Positions 59,621 to 64,000 of a stretch of DNA of 64,000 bases are shown here, in pieces. Source of the DNA: a virus (taxonomy: Duplodnaviria > Caudoviricetes); IMG/VR virus record IMGVR_UViG_3300037067_006336, positions 64,001 to 128,000 of that record; one strand, given 5' to 3'. The position numbers and the translations under genes are program-made. Under the pieces are notes generated by a model, which worked only from the letters and a program-made list of their open reading frames with translations, made no database searches and had not been told where the DNA came from. The stretch's first letter is position 1. The number at the start of each line of letters is the position of its first letter.

Positions 59621-60017
59621 ATGATGAACAAGGTAATGGTTTTCCTGTCAAACAGGGAAAGACTTGAAAACGAGTTGCTGGAAATAAGACAACAACTGGA
59701 AATTGAAAAGAAGATACTGGCTGATACCAGGGAAGAAATCGAGGAAAACAATCCTTGATTTAAACGAGGAATGGTGCATAAAGCGCTCCGAATTCGAGAG
59801 GTTGTCATCCAGAGTGGATAACATGGATGAAGCTGTTGACTTGATGGAGCTAGGCAGACAGTACGCGGCGATGACGTACGAGAGGGATGTTGCGTTAGAA
59901 CAAGTTAAATCGTGGAAATGTGAATATGACTCCATGCTGGACAAGTATATTACAACAGTTGATAACCAGAACGAGTACTTGAAAAACTTGCTGAGAAGAA
60001 AACAGTTATTAACATAA
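59621..60017 (+). pseudogene. coiled-coil gene split by a +1 lesion
   Basis: Removing one A at 59745-59748 joins ...EEIEE to TILDLNEEW... Confidence 0.45.
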
Positions 60018-60080
60018 TGTAGATTGGGTGGTGACATCATAAAACCGTTGATGTATGTAATAACTGGAGGGAATAAAATC

Positions 60081-60347
60081 ATGGGCAAGGAATGCTTCAC
60101 GTGCGCTCACAAGTCTATTAACGCAACGTTAAAAGAAGAAAATGTTAATTCAAAGGTAGAACACCTTGGTGAAACCTATGAAATAGTCTGACATATACCG
60201 TCTATTGAATCTAAATGTGACTTGACCGGTAACACCATAAAACAAATCGATCCCGCGTGTTCCAGGTACGAAGGGAATAAATCAATGGAAGAGATAAGGA
60301 AACAATTGTCATTAACGGCCAGGAAAATTCGAGAAGGATCGTGTTAA
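60081..60347 (+). pseudogene. Cys-rich small gene with in-frame TGA
   Basis: MGKECFTC...YEIV*HIPS...KCDLTG...PACSRY; TGA at 60189. Confidence 0.5.
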
Positions 60348-60431
60348 ATACACTGTCAATGACTTGTTATTTTTAAACAGTTATCACATAAAAATATTTT
60401 ATTAACCTTTAAACGGAAATAATATACTAAA

Positions 60432-61547
60432 ATGAGAAAATTAGCCTCGATACAAAGAATCGGAAATTTAGAGCCGATACAAAATGCAGATGTAATTGAA
60501 AAAGCCACGGTACTGGGATGGTATTTAGTGGTTAAAAAGGGTGAATTTTCAATAAATGACTTGTGTGTTTACTGTGAAATTGATTCTATTTTGCCCGAAA
60601 AACCAGAGTTTGAGTTTTTAAAAGATAAGAAGTACAGGGTTAAGACCATTAAACTCCGCGGTCAAATTTCACAAGGTATCTGTTTCCCGCTTTCCATTTT
60701 ACCTGGAAATACAAGGGTGATAGAGGGGTTAGATGTTACAGGGGTACTTGGAATTAAAAAATGGGAACCTTACCAGGATGAACAAAAATGCGTAAGACAA
60801 ACCGCTAAAATAATGTACCCTGGATGGATGCCACGATGGGTTCAAAGGATAGTACATGAATTCAAGTTCGTTAGAGAATATTATCGCCGAAACTCGGGAC
60901 AAAAAAGTTTCCCTTCTTTAATCCCGAAAACTGATGAAACCAGGGTACAGGTTTTGCAATCCTTAATTGATAAATACAAGGGTGTAAAATGTTATTACAC
61001 TGAAAAACTTGATGGTAGTTCCATAACCATTTACCAGATAAACGGGAAGTTCGGGGTTTGCAGCAGGAATATTGATCTAAGACGCGATAAAACAGATAAA
61101 TTCTGGAAAACTGTTTTAGCACACGATTTAGAAAACAAGTTCAAGAAGTATTTCGCTAATGAAAATATCGCGTTACAAGGTGAACTTATCGGTGAAGGGA
61201 TACAAGGTAATAAATATCGTTTAAAAGGTCTGGATATTTATTTTTTCAATGTATTTTTCATAAAAAGATACGAATATGGGAACATTAACGATCTTATTGA
61301 TGTTTGTGAAAAATTACATGAAAAAACCGTACCGGTACTTGATACTTGTTTTGAATTGGTAAATTCCATACCCGAACTAGTGGAATTAAGCAAGGGAACA
61401 AGTAAATTGAATGAAACCATGCGGGAAGGTATCGTTATTCGCCCTCTTGTAGAAATAGAAGACAAGGAAATTCATTGCTAACTAGTTAAAAATAGGGTTT
61501 CATTCAAAAGTGTCAATCCCGAATTCTTACTGAAACACGGGGAATAA
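60432..61547 (+). pseudogene. RNA ligase (DRB0094/Rnl family) interrupted by in-frame TAA before motif V
   Basis: RKLASIQ OB domain, KTDETR, EKLDG, LQGELIG, EGIV; TAA 61479-61481, then LVKNRVSFKSVNPEFLLKHGE. Confidence 0.8.
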
Positions 61548-61573
61548 CGTATCCCTATTTTAATTTACCATTG

Positions 61574-61625
61574 AAACAACCATGACAGGAACCCCTTGAA
61601 AGTCCCCGTCATGGTTGTTTTATTT
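61574..61625 (+). terminator. intrinsic terminator
   Basis: AAACAACCATGAC/GTCATGGTTGTTT 13-bp stem plus T-rich tail. Confidence 0.75.
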
Positions 61626-61632
61626 CACCCCG

Positions 61633-61640
61633 CAGGATAT
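61633..61640 (+). promoter_or_regulatory. RCAGGATAT promoter-like motif
   Basis: After terminator, 37 nt before ATG 61670. Confidence 0.65.
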
Positions 61641-61669
61641 GAGAACTGGAACATTATAAAAACATAACC

Positions 61670-64000
61670 ATGAGAATATTACATTACGCGGACGTGCAGG
61701 TGAAGGACGAGGGTCACGCACATCTAAGGAAACCAACGTCAACGGTATTGAGGGACATAGAGGACATCGTCCGTTCCAGGAACATCGAGTGTGTCGTCAT
61801 ACCAGGGGACCTGTACGAGCACTGGAAACCAACCGAGGTAGAGAGGAAGATGGTGTACAACCACCTTACCAGGTTACTATCGATCGACACCTTGAAGGAA
61901 CTGGTGCTCATAGACGGGAACCACGACATACCATCTGACAGGATCAGCACGGAGGATAACAAGAACCACACAGCCCTGTCCGTGTTGAAAGACATGGTTG
62001 ATTGCATGGGCACGGCACACAAGGACAAGTTACGGTACTTCGTGAACAGCGGGGTATACCAGTCGATAACATCTCCCGAGGTCATGTTCCAGGTGTTCTC
62101 CTTGAATGACGGTACGTTCCCGGTAATGGTGGATGACCTGGAGGGTAAATCGGTGATAGGGGTTTATCATGCGATGATGCGCGAGTATGCCCTTGATAAG
62201 AAGATACCACTTAGGCAGGATGTGTTAAACTCCCTTGACACCATGGATGTTTTCCACCCTGGTTCGGTGGTAATGGCCGGTGACATACACGAGCCGTGGG
62301 AATACTCCAGTGATAACGGTGTCATGTTCCATTACCCGGGATCAACACAACAACACACCCACAACGAGGGTAACTTCGCGGTATTCACCAACGACAAGCA
62401 TGATTTCTCACCAACCCAAGCCAAGCAAGTACTGTTACACGATGTGTCAGGTGGGAAAGTATCGACATCCTCCATCAAGTTACCAGCGCGGGTATACTAC
62501 CAGACGGTTGAACTAGACAGGGAAATAACGATTGAATCCTTCAAGGATAACTTTGACATGCTATTTGACACCATCAATGTCATGTCGGAGACGTTGATGC
62601 TTGTAGTCATGAAGGTTAAATCATGTACCAGTCTACTGTCAAGAGAGATGGAGATACGGGATCATATCGTAATGAAGTTCAATGGTTCGAAGGTAAGGTT
62701 ACACATTGAACCATTCGAGTACTCCAAGGTAGTTAGCGAGCAATTAGCATCTACCAATAAAGTCGTACAGGAGATAATGACCGGGAAGGATGAACATGAC
62801 GACAAGGAACAACAATCCTCTGTTGATTCACTATCGCTAACCAACGAGCAGATAATAAAGTTATTCAAGTCCGTATCATGTGAGGCGGTTAAGAACTTGA
62901 AACTAGAGGATGTAAGACAGGCTGACGTGCTAGATATACTTGACAAGACCTTCATAGAGCAGTTATCCATCACGAACACAGGTAACAAGAGGTACTCGAT
63001 AGAGTTACTAGAGATACAGACATCATCAGGTTTCATGATGCTGGCCCCCGGTAATAATATCACGCTTGACATACCAGGGTTGACAAGGATAACAGGATCG
63101 AACGGTCTAGGCAAGACAACAATGTACAACATGCTGCGGTGGGCCATAAAGGGGGTGTTGTACGATTGGATGAAGATGAACAACATGGTGAGGAACACGG
63201 AACCCGTATTCAACAACAAGGTCGTGGGGCATGATGTTGCGGATTGCTTGCTGAATACCAGGGTCAACGGCACGATTGTCAAGATACGGCGAGTGGCATC
63301 AAGGACATGGAAACCATCTACCACTGACAAGCAGAAACTATCTGACAAGAGAATGAACCATGTTGCATCTATAACAAGGTCACTAACACTAGAGATTCAC
63401 AAGGTGGTCGATGGGGAGACAAGGGTTAACAAGATCACGGATGATGAAGCGCAGAACTTGATCAACACGTGGTTCGGTAACGTCATCGACACCATAACCA
63501 TACTCGATGCCCCCAAGCTATCAGCGTTGTTGAAGAAGGAACCAGATGATTTGAACTCCATGGTACTTGACATGGTCGGTGTGGATTACCTGGTGAAACT
63601 GGAGAATAACCTACCTGTTGTCAAGAATGAATTGATAGACATGAGTGTTCCGAAAAGGAAGAAGGATATCATAATATCGGAAAGGGACTCGATCAAGCAG
63701 GAGATATCTGATAATAATACCAGGTTGACGGGTATACGAGATCACATCGATGAATCATTAAAATTAAAAGGGAACATCGAGGATGAATTACAATCGATCA
63801 ATGGAAGGTTGATCGATACAGGTAACATAAAGCTCATGATAGATGACAAGGAGAAGGAAATAACGGTTATCGATACTAAAGTTGACTCGTTCGTTACTGT
63901 GGAACTCATGACACGTGATGAAACAGTGCATCATGAACCTGTTAAGGATGTTAGTTACTTACATGAGATGGAAGCAAACCTCAAGTCCAAGAAGGCATTG
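61670..64000 (+). CDS. Mre11/SbcD nuclease - Rad50/SbcC ATPase fusion (gp47+gp46-like), partial
   Basis: Absent from ORF track (no stop in window). Manual translation: HYADVQ, GDLYE, GNHD, GDIH, YPGS, then in-frame TGSNGLGKTT Walker A and coiled coil. Confidence 0.85.
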   Translation, partial: MRILHYADVQVKDEGHAHLRKPTSTVLRDIEDIVRSRNIECVVIPGDLYEHWKPTEVERKMVYNHLTRLLSIDTLKELVLIDGNHDIPSDRISTEDNKNHTALSVLKDMVDCMGTAHKDKLRYFVNSGVYQSITSPEVMFQVFSLNDGTFPVMVDDLEGKSVIGVYHAMMREYALDKKIPLRQDVLNSLDTMDVFHPGSVVMAGDIHEPWEYSSDNGVMFHYPGSTQQHTHNEGNFAVFTNDKHDFSPTQAKQVLLHDVSGGKVSTSSIKLPARVYYQTVELDREITIESFKDNFDMLFDTINVMSETLMLVVMKVKSCTSLLSREMEIRDHIVMKFNGSKVRLHIEPFEYSKVVSEQLASTNKVVQEIMTGKDEHDDKEQQSSVDSLSLTNEQIIKLFKSVSCEAVKNLKLEDVRQADVLDILDKTFIEQLSITNTGNKRYSIELLEIQTSSGFMMLAPGNNITLDIPGLTRITGSNGLGKTTMYNMLRWAIKGVLYDWMKMNNMVRNTEPVFNNKVVGHDVADCLLNTRVNGTIVKIRRVASRTWKPSTTDKQKLSDKRMNHVASITRSLTLEIHKVVDGETRVNKITDDEAQNLINTWFGNVIDTITILDAPKLSALLKKEPDDLNSMVLDMVGVDYLVKLENNLPVVKNELIDMSVPKRKKDIIISERDSIKQEISDNNTRLTGIRDHIDESLKLKGNIEDELQSINGRLIDTGNIKLMIDDKEKEITVIDTKVDSFVTVELMTRDETVHHEPVKDVSYLHEMEANLKSKKAL

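Noticed and set aside
60189-60191. Selenocysteine TGA
   Set aside because: Not in a CxxC-type position, and no evident SECIS-like hairpin follows.
60189-61481. Stop-codon reassignment (alternative genetic code)
   Set aside because: TAA, TAG and TGA all terminate well-defined genes, and long core ORFs are intact in code 11. The two internal stops are different codons.
62662-63348. Long antisense ORFs (also 17196-17825, 46749-47402, 52813-53319 and many shorter ones)
   Set aside because: They shadow well-supported opposite-strand genes and reflect codon bias; no motifs or start context.
1-64000. tRNA/rRNA genes, integrase or transposase
   Set aside because: Intergenic gaps are short and show no cloverleaf or T-loop pattern; no recognisable recombinase or transposase ORF.

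Overview
This window is 64 kb of a large myovirus-like (T4-related, probably jumbo) dsDNA phage genome in the standard genetic code. The host is probably Bacteroidota: leaders are AT-rich without Shine-Dalgarno sequences, and there is a DUF6549-like protein. Layout: (i) 1-5466, minus strand: RuvC-like resolvase and baseplate genes; (ii) 5532-20093: baseplate wedge genes and a run of modular fibre/decoration genes; (iii) 20135-40529: gp32-like SSB, UvsW, tail terminator, clamp loader, dNMP kinase, T4-type RNase H, terminase and two paralogous putative internal head proteins; (iv) 40743-48189: two type II topoisomerase subunits separated by a ~700 bp non-coding TCATGA array and accessory genes; (v) 49559-64000: AEP primase-SF2 helicase fusion, thymidylate-synthase homologue, adenine methylase, HAD phosphatase, an interrupted RNA ligase, and an Mre11-Rad50 fusion running off the window. 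Most notable: a phased TCATGA/GATC array with an orientation switch (candidate origin or partition site); a TS homologue with Asp in place of the dUMP-specifying Asn (possible cytosine modification); a 14-aa motif shared by the SSB and RNase H tails; a recurring RCAGGATAT promoter-like motif; and nine frame-breaking lesions confined to accessory genes. All functional calls come from motif recognition by eye; no searches were run.
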